Assembly: GCA_002269645.1 (NCBI GenBank)
Contig: NIVC01001515.1
Location: 62,001-126,000, forward strand
DNA from: Macrostomum lignano
Taxonomy: Eukaryota
Length of the DNA stretch: 64,000 bases
Direction of reading: 5' to 3'
The notes under the pieces were generated by a model. The model was not told the DNA's origin. It saw nothing but the letters and a program-made list of their open reading frames with translations, and made no database searches. Position numbers and translations under genes: made by a program. This document shows positions 39,266 to 53,129 of this stretch, piece by piece (the first letter of the stretch is position 1; each line of letters opens with the position of its first letter).

Positions 39266-42200
39266 AGGCAATTCTTAGTATACAACAATTGTATAATTAT
39301 GTAGCACAGTGAAAGTGAAAACAAAAACTATAATAACTTTTATTTAAGAATCTGTTGAAATAGAATATAAATTTGTTTCTTTTGAATTTCCAATCTGCTC
39401 ATGAATGTTACTTAAAAACAATTTTTGCCATGGACAATCTAAATTGAACTTTATTTGTTTTAATAGAAATGGACTTTGTTTGAATTGAATTTCCACAAGA
39501 GCTGAGATTTCTTAAAGTGTTTAAATTGAAGTTTTGCTTGTTTCTTTTGAAAAAGACTTTTATACATATTATGTAATCCCAATATACTAAATCACTAAGA
39601 TCTTAATAGACTAAATATATTATATAAATGAAGATATATTAATATATGAGATTATTTATATAAGCCAATGTAATATGAAATATATAATACATCATGATAT
39701 CATATATAGATAATAATAGATAATTTCTAAAATAAAAATTTTTGATAAGTATTTAAAAAATATTTTTAAGAATGGTTTTTGCTAAAAACTAGAATAATAT
39801 AGAGTCTAGACTATGTGATATATTAACTATGCTAATGCTATGATATATGTCTCTATACAAAATGTTAAATTTCTATTATATAGACTTGAGTTTCAATGCC
39901 ATTTCATACATACATTGTCAATTTGTCATCATGCAATACACTAAATGTGCCAAATCAAAGACCAACAAATCGAATCCCTTAATTAAATTTAGGCCAATTA
40001 AGCCATGTATACAGTATGCTTTATGTATGATCTGTATCTGTAGTGTATGGGCCCTGGTCATTCATATTTTGGTTTTTACATAGTGATCATAGTAATCATA
40101 GGAGCAGGCATAATGAAAATATTCATGTTTAGAAAGTTTCATGTCAATAGCTAAAAAATGTGCATGCAGTAAATTTAACGAACGATTCTGCAGGATACCT
40201 TTATATCATATTATTTTGTATTATTGCTTAAACAACTAAAAATTCGAAAATGCTGAAGTAGCGAAACTAAATTAGATAATGTTATATAGCGTAGGAATAG
40301 GCTTTGTTCTGGAGGTTCATTTTTTGTCATATTTTTGGGGTTTTACTTATTTAATTGTACATGTATTTTCTCTTTATTTAATGTACATGAGCCAACCCCC
40401 CTCGATTTGCTAACCCCACCCCACGTTAAATAATAATTAAAAAGGGCGTGATTTTTGGTCAGCGTGTTTTTTGCTAACTTGGTTGTTTTGTTTTGCCTGC
40501 GCGAGAACGCAGAGGTATTGAAGCCTACAAGCATTCGATTTTTGCCTACTTAGTTATTTTTCGGTTTCGAAGAGTTAGTCGATTTAACAGGCTTCGCATT
40601 TTCTATGCGGGTCCACCCGGCATGATCGATCTGGATAAGGCATGAAACTATCGGGGCAAAGTCAAAACGAGGGCATCGCGAGTTTACACCATTCAAACTT
40701 TGTAATACCAAATTGTATCTGTTTTCTAATGAGTATGGCCGGTTAAATCTTGCATTAAACTGTGAATTATAAATAATTTTACTATAATCTAAGTAAAATT
40801 AGTCTTTTTCGCTCCTCTAAAAGACAAAATATGTCCTTTTCAGCGATAATTTTTTTGGCGGAAATTCAACCACGTTGAACACGTGTGAAAAAAATTCTAT
40901 ATAATTTACAAATAAGGGCTAAAAATGTATGAATTAATGTAGTTGGTGAAAGTTTTAAGTTAATTTGCATTAAATGCATGCATGAGTAATGCTTTATTTG
41001 TATAAACCTTACTGTAGTTCGAATATTCTTCGTTTTGGTAGTAAACATTGATTATGACATCCCACCTATATGCTCATATGAGAATATGTTAAAAACTAAT
41101 CTAAATTGATGTATCCAATTGGATTATTCACTTTTACATTTTAGAAAATAATTTAGCATAAAATCGATGCTTTTTATTGAAAAAGCCTAATATATTACTT
41201 ATTGTATAACCATTCTATAACAATATAAAAATACTTTTTAATAGTTAGAGAGCACAAAGTGATTTTCTCCAGTAGTCTGTTGCATCAAAATGAATAATTG
41301 CCAGCTTTTAGAATTGAAATATGTTATTACACACCTATCAAGCTTGAAGCATTTTTTTTCTTTACTAAATGGTACTCTTTGTTGGCTCTTAAATGCCATA
41401 AATGTTAGTTTTTGTCATGATTTTTTTCTCCGGAAGCCCACTGTGTGGAGCATGTACAATGAAAAGCTTAGATATTTCCTCAAGGCACTGCAAAGAACCC
41501 TATAAAGAAGCATTTTTTTGGCTTTGCAGCAGGGACAACCTAATATAATTTTATTGCCATTTAATGTATATTTTGTAATGAATTAGGCTTTATTTATTTT
41601 TAATGATAGTTATTCTGCTTATTTCATACTGAATAATTTGAGGTAAATTTTGTAAAAATTACTTTAAACATCTTTTTATTGACCATCACTTAAAATTTTT
41701 TATGACTAGCAATTCTAGTCTAAGATCACCAGATTAATCAGATTTCACTTACTAACACCAAATAATCAGGTCTGATTGACTTTAAATTTACTTTAAATTC
41801 ATTGGTCTGCTTAACTGACATCAGATTTACCTAGGATCAATAATTTTGGGGCATCATGAAGGTTATAGCATTGTAACAGACTATGTAATCATGCTTAAAT
41901 AACTTGGAACTCATAATTTAATATCTTGAAATCTGCATGGTGCTAGAATCCTATTGGAATAGAAAGAAGACAGCAAAAAATACAGACAAAGTGTTCACTC
42001 ATTATCTCTCTAATAATAAAATGTTCATCTCCACAGATGTACCTTTCAGCTGTTTGGAAACGGAATGAAAATAAAAATCGCTACAAATCGCTACACGCAG
42101 CAACAACTTGTGTCAACATAATTGACAACCATTGTAGAGAACCCCACCTCTTATGTTCGGCGGGTAGTCGATCAGAATCCAGTCTGGCGCATCGCTGCAA

Positions 42201-45200
42201 GTTGGACTCTGTCACTCAGCTTTGTTCGACACAAGCAGATTTTGAGCACAGTCTGGCAGTATGCTGCACTTCAGTTTCAGCAGGGCCAATCTGAGCTGCT
42301 CGAGCAGAGTTTGAGAACACGCGCAGTATGTGCTTCCTTATTTTCACTTTTACGTTGCAATTTGGCCTCTTTTGTATCGACTTTTCTGCGTTCGCTCTGG
42401 CATGAGAGTACGAGCCCTCTTCAGCGTGGTAGCGTTGTAATGTTCTAGCTTTGAAAGCTAGGATGCTTTTATTTTTACTATAGCATACTCCTTATATAAC
42501 TAATAAGTGCTTTTTAAGCTCAACCAGCTATGTACCTGTGATGTGTGGCTGCCAGCAGCCACGTATTAGTTTATGGGTATATGCTTGGCTTACAGACCCA
42601 CAATTGATAGACTGCAGGAACAAGCGCGAAACGATTGACGAGCTCTTGCTTAATTTCAACAAATATACGAGTAAACGAGCCTACGATTTAAAACACGACT
42701 TCCCAAACACATTGATCGGATAATAAAAAGTTTTATTAATAAAGCAGCATCAGCTCAAATATTTTAATCTATGGCCATGGACGTATAGAGCAGTCTGCAC
42801 AGACCAGAACAGAAAATCAATATGGCTACCTCAAGAAGGGTAAAAAAGATATCTGGGTGGGGGGCATGGTTATGATCCTATCCAAACAGTTTCAATACAA
42901 ATGTGAATCTCACAGAGCTCTAAATGAAGCTCTTAATGCCTCTTGATTTAGTGAAAAAGATGAACAGGCAACAGAAATAGGTTTTAGAATTTTTAGGCAC
43001 AAGTAATAAATTCCTGAAGCAGAAGTTTTATTAACTTAAATGCAAAACAAGATTTTTGGTATAGCCACTAGGCCCATACAATAAAACACACTATAAAACA
43101 TAAGGTTCTAAAAAGGTGTGTCTTGTGGTCTGAGAGAAAATGTAGGCCACATAGCCACCAGAATCTTGGGTGCCAGAATCCAAAAGTAGCAGCGCAGCAC
43201 CTGAACCAGTTGTGGGCAGAAGTGGCCTGCTAGGTGCAGGAGTCGCCAACATTGCAACAGGTTGCTCAGACAGATCAGGTTGGTTCATGGAGAAAGCACT
43301 AGACTCACTCAACCAAATGTAAAGGTAACATATAGCAAGTCCACCAGTTTCATTGTTTAAGTAAGGCCTCAGGTTTAGAGCTCAGAATGAAAGGCATATC
43401 ATAAAATGCAGCTGAGAAGATCTCCCAAAGAAGTCCTGGCATGGCATGAATTAAAGTGAAAAACATTTAACATATTTTACTTACATTTAAGTCTAAAAAA
43501 CTTCTACTAAAGCAAGTTAAGAATTTATTGGTATATTAAATATACAATAGTATAAAAGGAAACACTCCTGCTAGGCATTTAAAGCCAGTTTGTAAACAAT
43601 AAAATATATAATAAAATATTGCTATTTTCTAATTTTTTAAAAAGCAAATATATCAGGTTTTGCATTTTTAACTTTTAACATGTTCTAAGTTCTTAAAGCT
43701 CATAATGTGAGTTTTAAATGAAATAAATGTAACAAATAATGCAAATGAAAACATATTGCAATTATACATTTTAAAGAATAGTGCAAGTCACATTTTATAT
43801 AGCTTTTTACATTGCAAATTATATGAAACTATAAAGTTTAAGTTTAAAAAAAGTTATTACCTGTTTTACTTGCTACTTGTTAATTATTTAGCAATTTAAA
43901 TTATATATATACTTAAAAGTGCATAGTGATGGCTATAATAAACAGTATCATTATCAGTAATCATAAGGTAGATTATCACTTAGCTAAGGCCTAATGGCTT
44001 TTGTAAAAAAGCATATATCAGTTTCGAAGTAATTCTAAGCTGTAAAGCTGTACAAAAATTTATATTTACATTATATTTTTTATTACTACGTCATTAGCAA
44101 AAAATAAAATAGGCCTAAGACACGGACAGTTAAATATAAATAGCAATCTGAACTAGACTACAAATTATGCCTCAGAACAAAAATATAGTTAAACAAGAGC
44201 GTGGGTGGATAAAGCTATTTTATAAAAAAACTTGATAGACACCTTTATTTGTCATTCTATTCAGTAAAATTATTTAAACCTCAGTCTCATGAGTCATTTG
44301 CCTATTCATAAGCCGTGGCTTATAAAATAAAGCATATATCTAGAATCCTCGATCGATTATTGTTCATGAATTAGATAGATAAGCAGAAAATTGATGCTAG
44401 ACGTTTGCAATGCTTGAAATACAGAAGTCAGTAATCAATATCTAAATCTCATATTTAATTCAATCCAAAAAAGTTTGCTGATATTTCACATCCGTAAAAA
44501 GAACCAGGCCAAACATCAATAATAAATAAAGTACTTATTAACATGAAACTGATAACTAAATTAACGAGCACCCTATAGTCAACCGTCTAGACGGTAGTAG
44601 AGCGTGATACAACTGGCGCCTGGGCGGCACTACAGCGCGCTTTATGCTCCGCTTTATACCCGTCTAGTAATAAGTTACTGCGCTCCGCTTTATTAGAAAA
44701 AAAAATTGCGCATGTTTAATTTAAAAAGTATTTTTTCAATATAAAGTAAATCCAGACAAATTATACAAAGCAATAGTAGCATTAATATTAACAAGCTTAT
44801 TTAATTGATTATTTTGAATATATCACATATACATTTCGTGACTTTAAGGCTATGAAGTATGAGAGCTTTTGTCAGCATTCGTTACTTAGGGCCTATTCTT
44901 TCTGCACGAGGCTATTATACTCTATATATTTTCCGCCTGCTTCGTATTGCTTAGGGGCATAAAAATGTTTTAACAGACAGATTAGCTTTGTTAGTTATGC
45001 ATATTGATAATTTGCTACTACAGAACTATTCTGGGTTTAAAGCAAAGCTGGATAGCCTAGTTTTTAATTAGGGTAACTCGTTAAATTATATGAACTTTAT
45101 CACTAACAGAAACAGGCTGTGAAAATAGTATTAATTAAGGCCTAACTCAGCTACTGAGAGTCTAATTGCATGCACAGATATGATGTAGATTTGCTTCCAG

Positions 45201-45639
45201 GTATTTTTTCCTAACAGTAGAAATTAATAATGCTATAAACTGTATTTCTTAACTATATTGATAGACAAATATTTCATCTAGTATATTAGTTATTAGAATA
45301 CTTTTTTTATTTTTTAAAACAAATTGTCTAGATAATAGATTAATTATTAGTTTATAATTAACTAATATATATAAATAAAACTGAATTAGCACAATAACAC
45401 TACAATAGCTCATCTGTGACTATAAGACCTAGGACAAATATTTGATTCTAAAGCAAAAGCTTAGACCACTACCCCAACCAAAGAAAAATCTTGTCCATGC
45501 CACTGGCTACTAGCAACAAACCTAATCATTCAACTATCTTTCCCTTGTTAGTTGCATTCCCTAGCTACTTCTCTACTTTCCCTACCTAACCTACCCTAGC
45601 TTGCCCTTCTTATTCCCTTGCTGTCTATCTAATCCACTG

Positions 45640-47820
45640 CTCCCTCTAGCTAATCCCAGCTCTACCTAGCTATACAATGCTCGCCCTAGCTACCCCTTGC
45701 TCTCCCTAGCTATACCCTGCTCTCCCTAGCAACCCCTGCTCTCCTTAGCTACACCCTGCTCTCCCTAGCAACCCCCTGCTCTCCTTAGCTACACCCTGCT
45801 CTCCCTAGCAACCCCCTGCTCTCCTTAGCTACACCTAGCTCTCCTTAGCTACACCCTGCTCTCCCTAGCAACCCCCTGCTCTCCTTAGCTACACCCTGCT
45901 CTCCTTAGCTACACCCTGCTCTCCTTAGCAACCCCCTGCTCTCCTTAGCTACACCTTACTCTCCTTAGCTACACCCTGCTCTCCTTAGCAACCCCCTGCT
46001 CTCCTTAGCTACACCCTGCTCTCCCTAGCTACACCCTGCTCTCCTAGCAACCCCTGCTCTCCTTAGCTACACCCTGCTCTCCTTAGCTACACCCTGCTCT
46101 CCTTAGCTACACCCTGCTCTCCTTAGCTACACCCTGCTCTCCCTAGCAAACCCCTGCTCTCCTTAGCTACACCCTGCTCTCCCTAGCAACCCCCTGCTCT
46201 CCTTAGCTACACCTAGCTCTCCTTAGCTACACCCTGCTCTCCCTAGCAACCCCCTGCTCTCCTTAGCTACACCTAGCTCTCCTTAGCTACACCCTGCTCT
46301 CCCTAGCAACCCCCTGCTCTCCTTAGCTACACCTTGCTCTCCTTAGCTACACCCTGCTCTCCCTAGCAACCCCCTGCTCTCCTTAGCTACACCCTGCTCT
46401 CCTTAGCTACACCTGCTCTCCCTAGCAACCCCCTGCTCTCCTTAGCTACACCCTGCTCTCCCTAGCAACCCCCTGCTCTCCTTAGCTACACCTAGCTCTC
46501 CTTAGCTACACCCTGCTCTCCCTAGCAACCCCCTGCTCTCCTTAGCTACACCCTGCTCTCCCTAGCAACCCCCTGCTCTCCTTAGCTACACCTTACTCTC
46601 CTTAGCTACACCCTGCTCTCCTTAGCAACCCCCTGCTCTCCTTAGCTACACCCTGCTCTCCTTAGCAACCCCCTGCTCTCCTTAGCTACACCCTGCTCTC
46701 CTTAGCTACACCCTGCTCTCCTTAGCAACCCCCTGCTCTCCTTAGCTACACCTTACTCTCCTTAGCTACACCCTGCTCTCCTTAGCAACCCCCTGCTCTC
46801 CTTAGCTACACCCTGCTCTCCCTAGCTACACCCTGCTCTCCCTAGCAACCCCCTGCTCTCCTTAGCTACACCCTGCTCTCCTTAGCTACACCCTGCTCTC
46901 CTTAGCTACACCCTGCTCTCCTTAGCTACACCCTGCTCTCCCTAGCAAACCCCTGCTCTCCTTAGCTACACCCTGCTCTCCCTAGCAACCCCCTGCTCTC
47001 CTTAGCTACACCTTACTCTCCTTAGCTACACCCTGCTCTCCTTAGCAACCCCCTGCTCTCCTTAGCTACACCCTGCTCTCCTTAGCAACCCCCTGCTCTC
47101 CTTAGCTACACCCTGCTCTCCTTAGCTACACCCTGCTCTCCTTAGCAACCCCCTGCTCTCCTTAGCTACACCTTACTCTCCTTAGCTACACCCTGCTCTC
47201 CTTAGCAACCCCTGCTCTCCTTAGCTACACCCTGCTCTCCCTAGCTACACCCTGCTCTCCCTAGCAACCCCCTGCTCTCCTTAGCTACACCCTGCTCTCC
47301 TTAGCTACACCCTGCTCTCCTTAGCTACACCCTGCTCTCCCTAGCAAACCCCTGCTCTCCTTAGCTACACCCTGCTCTCCCTAGCAACCCCCTGCTCTCC
47401 TTAGCTACACCTAGCTCTCCTTAGCTACACCCTGCTCTCCCTAGCAACCCCCTGCTCTCCTTAGCTACACCTTGCTCTCCTTAGCTACACCCTGCTCTCC
47501 CTAGCAACCCCCTGCTCTCCTTAGCTACACCCTGCTCTCCTTAGCTACACCTGCTCTCCCTAGCAACCCCCTGCTCTCCTTAGCTACACCCTGCTCTCCC
47601 TAGCAACCCCCTGCTCTCCTTAGCTACACCTAGCTCTCCTTAGCTACACCCTGCTCTCCCTAGCAACCCCCTGCTCTCCTTAGCTACACCCTGCTCTCCC
47701 TAGCAACCCCCTGCTCTCCTTAGCTACACCTTACTCTCCTTAGCTACACCCTGCTCTCCCTAGCAACCCCCTGCTTTCTCTAGCTATACCCTGCTCTTCC
47801 TAGCAACCCCCTGCTCTCCC
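45640..47820. repeat. 20/21-bp dimeric minisatellite (ctctccttagctacaccctg / ctctccctagcaaccccctg), ~2.2 kb
   Basis: About 105 copies of two alternating unit types. Confidence 0.98.
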
Positions 47821-47967
47821 TATCTACGCCGTGCTGACCCTAGAAAGTAGGTACTCCCTAGCTGTTTTATGATTTTGTTACTGAATTGGTTTTGATTTTA
47901 GTAGAGTTGACAGTTTTTAATTCTAGATTCGCATATTTACGTAACTATTATTTTTTCAGTGTTCCAA

Positions 47968-50387
47968 ATGGGCCGCAACAGCTACAGTGAGTTCCAAAAG
48001 AAGGCAAAGAAGTTTAGTAAGTTTGTTTACTTTATTTTTTTCTGTACGAGTTATACAGTTTATTGTTTTCGTTGAGTTTCTGACACATTTGCCAAATTAG
48101 GGTAGTCATTCAAGATGTTAGGACTTTTACTTTACGTCTTTAAGTTGTATACTGACCCCTTGTACTGTAGATTAGGACTATGTGTAGCCGCGGGGTCCTT
48201 TTTACCTGGCCATCTTTCGCACTTCTTTAGCATGTTTAAATTAATGAAATATTTTTTGACATACTGGATGAGACCCTATGATAAGCATGTTCATCTTGCC
48301 AAATGCAGATCACCAGTCATCAGTGGCTGCCGCCTACAAAGCCCTTTCAAAACAGGAGAAACAAGCTCTTAAGGAGGATGCGTCAAGGCAGCCAATGCCG
48401 CTAAAAACGATAACAAATGAGGTATTGCTTATTATGATTTGGACAGTTTCTTCTTTACTGTAAGTCCATTTGTTTCGAATATCCCCATTCCTGATTATAC
48501 ATTTTTATTGGTACTTTTAGCTTCGAAAGTTCGGAAAACGTTTTCTGCTGGTTATGGTCGATGAGACGAGTGACTACAGTTTTGTGTGTACTCAAAAGCA
48601 AGACGCAAAGATTTTGCAGCCAATCGGAGACGACGTTATTAAGGTAAATGGTCTTTATAATTTAACATAACTTCCGCTTAATAGAAACTCCCATCTTTGA
48701 CACACAGTACCCAACTTTTTATACGCAATTCTGATTTCTTACTTTTGTTGTGAGTACCGCATACTGAAACCCGATACATTTTTATCTGTCTTTCAAGAGC
48801 GTTACATTAAATACATACCAGTTATTCTTCCTCTTTGTCCCAGCGTTTGTTTCAGATAGGAGATGTCTCGAGTGGCTGCCAGCTGAAGGATTTAGAATCC
48901 CTGAGGCGTGCCGTGCGCGAAAGAGCCACGAATTTATATCGTGAGTGGATTATGCTTGCATAACGCTCAGCATTCACTGTTGTGTTCTTGGAGCCTGCTC
49001 TTGTTTCAGTGGAGGATCAGATCACTTTGCTTACTATAATCATAACTGCGTGTATTTCTAAGTAATACACATCTCTATCAAAATCGACTGGTACTATTTG
49101 ACTTTTGTCAATTTGACTGTGGACAATTTGACTGCCATCAAAATGACTGCTGAAAAATGAATGTGGACAAAAATACTTAAATTGACAAAAAACTTTTGAC
49201 TTATCACCGTAAGTGGGGTGAAAACGACTTAAACTGATTAATTGGAGCGTCATTTTGTCAGCAGTCACATTGCTCGACAGTTAAATTGTCCCCTGTCAAA
49301 TAGACTGGAGACAAAGGTCAAATTGTGCCAGTCAATTGTCGTGCACCCATTCGATAAGATTGTATAAAAGAAGTGGCAAGGAAGCGGTCAAAATATACTT
49401 GCATCTCTTCATTTTTAGTGAAGCTACTAATTACTATGGGTTCTCGTATATTTTTTCCTCAGATTCGGCTGGACTCACTGGAGACGTTAAATGGACGGCA
49501 CTGGAGCGCGACACTTTGCGGAAAGCCAAATTCGAAGTAGAGGGTTTCTTTGTACCTCCGTTAAAAAACCCGTCCGTCATGAAAGTCACCGAGTGCAAAG
49601 AAGCTCTGTCGGCGGATTTGCAATTTGTAAGAAGATCACGTGGAATAAATCTAGATGATACTGCAGCTACTCTAGTAAGAACCTATATTCTCTCATTTAA
49701 TGTTTTCTTATTTCTGTTGACCACAGTTGGTTTTCGTTGTTTTCATTGTTTACCAACTGTGACAATCGAGTTATTTATTAACTGTCAAAAGAAGTATTGA
49801 TTTAACGTCAAATCTCAATCAAAATAAAAGTCCAATCTTTCACTTACGGTAAGAAAGTAGTGTCCCTGTAGCATTCAAAAAAGTTTCACGTCATACTTTT
49901 AAGTGATTGCTAATTGTGAATTTCGTCTTTCATAACTTCAAAACGACTCATGAAATATCTTCCTTAGATGGCCACAGAGTCTGATTCCAACGTTGAAAAT
50001 GCCGCTGCAATGGAAGTGCCGGAACAGACCGCGGCGAGCCATGCTTCGGTGGCTTCGATTTGCAGCATTGTGTCTGCGGGCGCTTCTCTGACGAGTGATG
50101 GTTTGCTGTTCGTTTGGGATATTGATCAGCACACAACAGCTAAGGAGTATGCTGTATGTCTCGCTTTGCGTGACTCTGTTGGCCCTCGGCAGCATATGTT
50201 TAGTCTTGTGTACCGTGGCTCCGAGAAAAGCTGCCTAATAAAACAAGAAACGCTTTCGACTGCCTTTATAGTGGCAGAAAACAACGAGTCACTATTGTGG
50301 CTTCGTATTGCGATTCAGGACGATTGTGGCTGGTCTCCGGTAACGAATTTTCACGTGAAAGTTGACGGACTAATTAATCCGAACTAA
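47968..50387 (+). CDS. 6-exon gene: HMG-like helices + TFII-I/GTF2I-like N-terminal domain and I-repeat + FN3-like domain; exons 47968-48016, 48309-48421, 48521-48643, 48844-48940, 49463-49674, 49968-50387; 337 aa
   Basis: Five GT-AG introns with phases 1,0,0,1,0 give one stop-free 1014-nt ORF. The domain calls come from remembered consensus motifs; see findings. Confidence 0.7.
49078..49340. mobile_element. MITE with imperfect ~85-bp TIRs rich in atttgac motifs, in intron 4 of the above gene
   Basis: gactggtactatttgacttttgtc..gactgctgaaaaatga on the left pairs with tcattttgtcagcagtc..gacaaaggtcaaattgtgccagtc on the right. Confidence 0.6.
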
Positions 50388-50427
50388 TAGCAGCAACGGA
50401 CTGAATGTTCGCCGATGATATTGCTAG

Positions 50428-50752
50428 TAATAATTGATAATAATTAATACTTCATTACACCCGTCCTAATTTGGCCAGATGTGCAGCCGACAGCACAGCC
50501 GCAGCTATTGCGCGGTGCATCTCAAGATTGCATACAGCTGTTCAGTCCATGGCCCTAGCTAACTGGCCCTCGCCAGACCCACCCTCAATTACCCCAGCTA
50601 ATGCTGGCACCCATTTTAACAGCTGCGTGAACTGAAGCAATGCAGAGTTTAGTGTCTTGCTGAAGGACACAAATTGTACCAGAGTGGAGTCGGGAATCGA
50701 ACCCCCGACTTTCAAGTCTTGAGTCCGACTCTAACCACTGGGCTGCAACCCC
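50428..50752 (-). mobile_element. tRNA-derived SINE (family 2) with a CORE/MIR-like central domain
   Basis: A-box GCAGCCCAGTGG, B-box GGTTCGATTCC, then GTGTCCTTCAGCAAGACACTAAACTC..GCTTCAGTTCACGCAGCTGTTAAAATGGG. A second copy lies at 59601-59910. Confidence 0.8.
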
Positions 50753-53129
50753 TGTTATTACTACATGCTTCATAATGCAGAATTGGTCCAAGTTTTATTA
50801 AACAACATTTGTTGAAACAAACATTGGTTAAGTGCACTCTTTTATTCGCCGAAACCAATGTACGAGTGGGCACTAGTATGCCGCAAGACACGCTCGTACA
50901 GCAGAAGGCCACTGCGTCTTTTGCCCAGCATTAATTTGTCAGCATCTCATGAAGATAATCAAGTAAAACGAAAATGGAAATCATAAAAATTCTGGGTTAA
51001 GCTTCACCATGTTCAATTAATTTTGTTTTATTATCTGGTAAACTAATGAAGATGTGCACATGGTTTGTTCCAGCTGACCTTCCGCTCCTGCTTTTTATGT
51101 ATTTATTCTCCTTACGTCGAATGGGTACACTTACATGATTTAAATGCGTAACGAATAGTGGCAACTTTACGAGTACAGCATAGCGCCACACATAGTGGGC
51201 TTCATTTGTAATGCCTATTAGTATTTTATAATGTCTTGTTTCATAATTATCCTCTCTGATCTTTCTCACGGAAGTAAGTAATATTATATATGCTACTAAT
51301 ATTTGCAGTATTTTACGAACGTATATTTCGTTGTTAATACAGTTGGCGTTGATTTGGCGTTACCTTTTTAATTTTGTTAGTTTCCGGCTGCTTACCTAGC
51401 ATTTACGCTTTACTATTACATTTACTTTACAATTGCATTCTTGCTCCTGGCCATATTTTGGTTCAGAAATGAAGTGACTTTCTTAAATTCATGAAAAATT
51501 TTGTTTTTTTATGTTCTTATTATGTCTGCCTTTTGCCGTAAGATTAGCTGCGGCCGCGATAGTCTCGCAGTCTACAATAAACAGGTCTTGCAATTATAAA
51601 AGTTTGAGAAAAACCTGGATACTTTCCTTTTCTATCCAGGTTTGGTTATCCATTCAGTCTCATGGATAACTTCTGGATAATTTCATGGAGCATCGCTCTC
51701 GCATTATTTTTCTCTTGTCAACCCCTGGGGCCATGTGCCAACTGATGGAAATACGAGTAGTTTGTAAGTTGCTGGGGATTCATAAGCTGAAAGGGAAACT
51801 ACCCAACTGAAGTAGACAATTTGTCATATTCTGATAGACATAAGTAATCACCGGTATTTACATATTTGGATGGTTAACTTACCAGCTAAATGGGAAAACT
51901 TGCTGATAAAGAATTACTGAAAATTTATCATGCCATGTCATTAAGGTTTATTCGCGTGGAAAATAAGCTCGATTCACAGAGAGAAGCGGAATAGGTCCAG
52001 TAGGAATTGGGCAATAACAATTTTACTTAAACTAGCCTTAACCATGCAGGCCCTACTCTTCCCGAAAGGCTCCTGCTGTCTCTGCTTTCAGCGCTGCCCC
52101 GACAGATTCGCCTCTTCTGCCTGCATGACGGCGGAGTCTCCGAAGAGAGCCCGTAATGACTTTTGACAGCAGGCGCCTATCTAGACCACCCTTTTCCAGC
52201 GGCGCACCATCAAGACGCGTAGCGCCAAGAGCTACCTAACTCAATAAGTGGAGTGTGGTCGGGGCGGGGTGGGTCAAATCAATTTGGACCTTAGCATTCT
52301 TACTGCGTGAGGCAAACGGAGAAATAACGAAGGAACGATAAGTCACGGCGAAAGGGTGCTTCATTATAAAAAGTAAATCTACCTCGAATTAGGTCGATTG
52401 GCGAGGTGAATGCCTGACTGTATCTTGAGCCTAAAATGCGCATAAACAAAGCAAGCGACTAATTATAGCAGCTAACATAAGAAAACCAACATCTGAAAAT
52501 CCGCTTTGCACCCTAAGCAACGCACATTTGTTTGAGCACTTCTAGCCAATTATAAATACATAGTTAATATATGATTATAGTGATGAGGACGCGCTTTTTC
52601 CAAATCTCGCGCTAGCACATGGGCTCTAAACTTGCTTCCTTACTATCCGTAGGCTAAGGGCATTTTTTATCCGTTTTCTGCGAAGTAACAAATTCATACT
52701 AGATATATAGTTTGGTCATACTAGTAGTCATAATAACATAGGGATAGCTTTTTGGGTCATAAATCATCTCTTTCGAAGCTGGTCTGACAGCCGCCTGCGC
52801 CTCACTCAGTGTTGAGGCTGGCGCCAGATGGTCTGAGGGGATGCGAATGATGGCTTTTTTCTCATATTTTTTGACAGGCCATCAGATTTATGATTATGAG
52901 GTCAGAGCCTATTGTTCCGATTCACTCATGCGTGTGACGGCTTTGACAGCTATGCGTTTTACCCCTAAAAGTACTTTGTGATTAGCGATTAGCGATTTCT
53001 CTTCACTATCTTCACTTTCTATTTAATAAGAGCTTTCTAATGAATATTTTCTCATTAATTTCTGTCAATCCTGCGCGAAAAGTCATAAATCATTTTGTTG
53101 CGATTTTGATTGATTTAAGGCCGCACCTG

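Noticed and set aside
42037-42723. Moderate-GC patch with 60-108 aa ORFs after a plus-strand acceptor
   Set aside because: Every frame is interrupted, no motif was recognised, and no consistent exon chain could be built.
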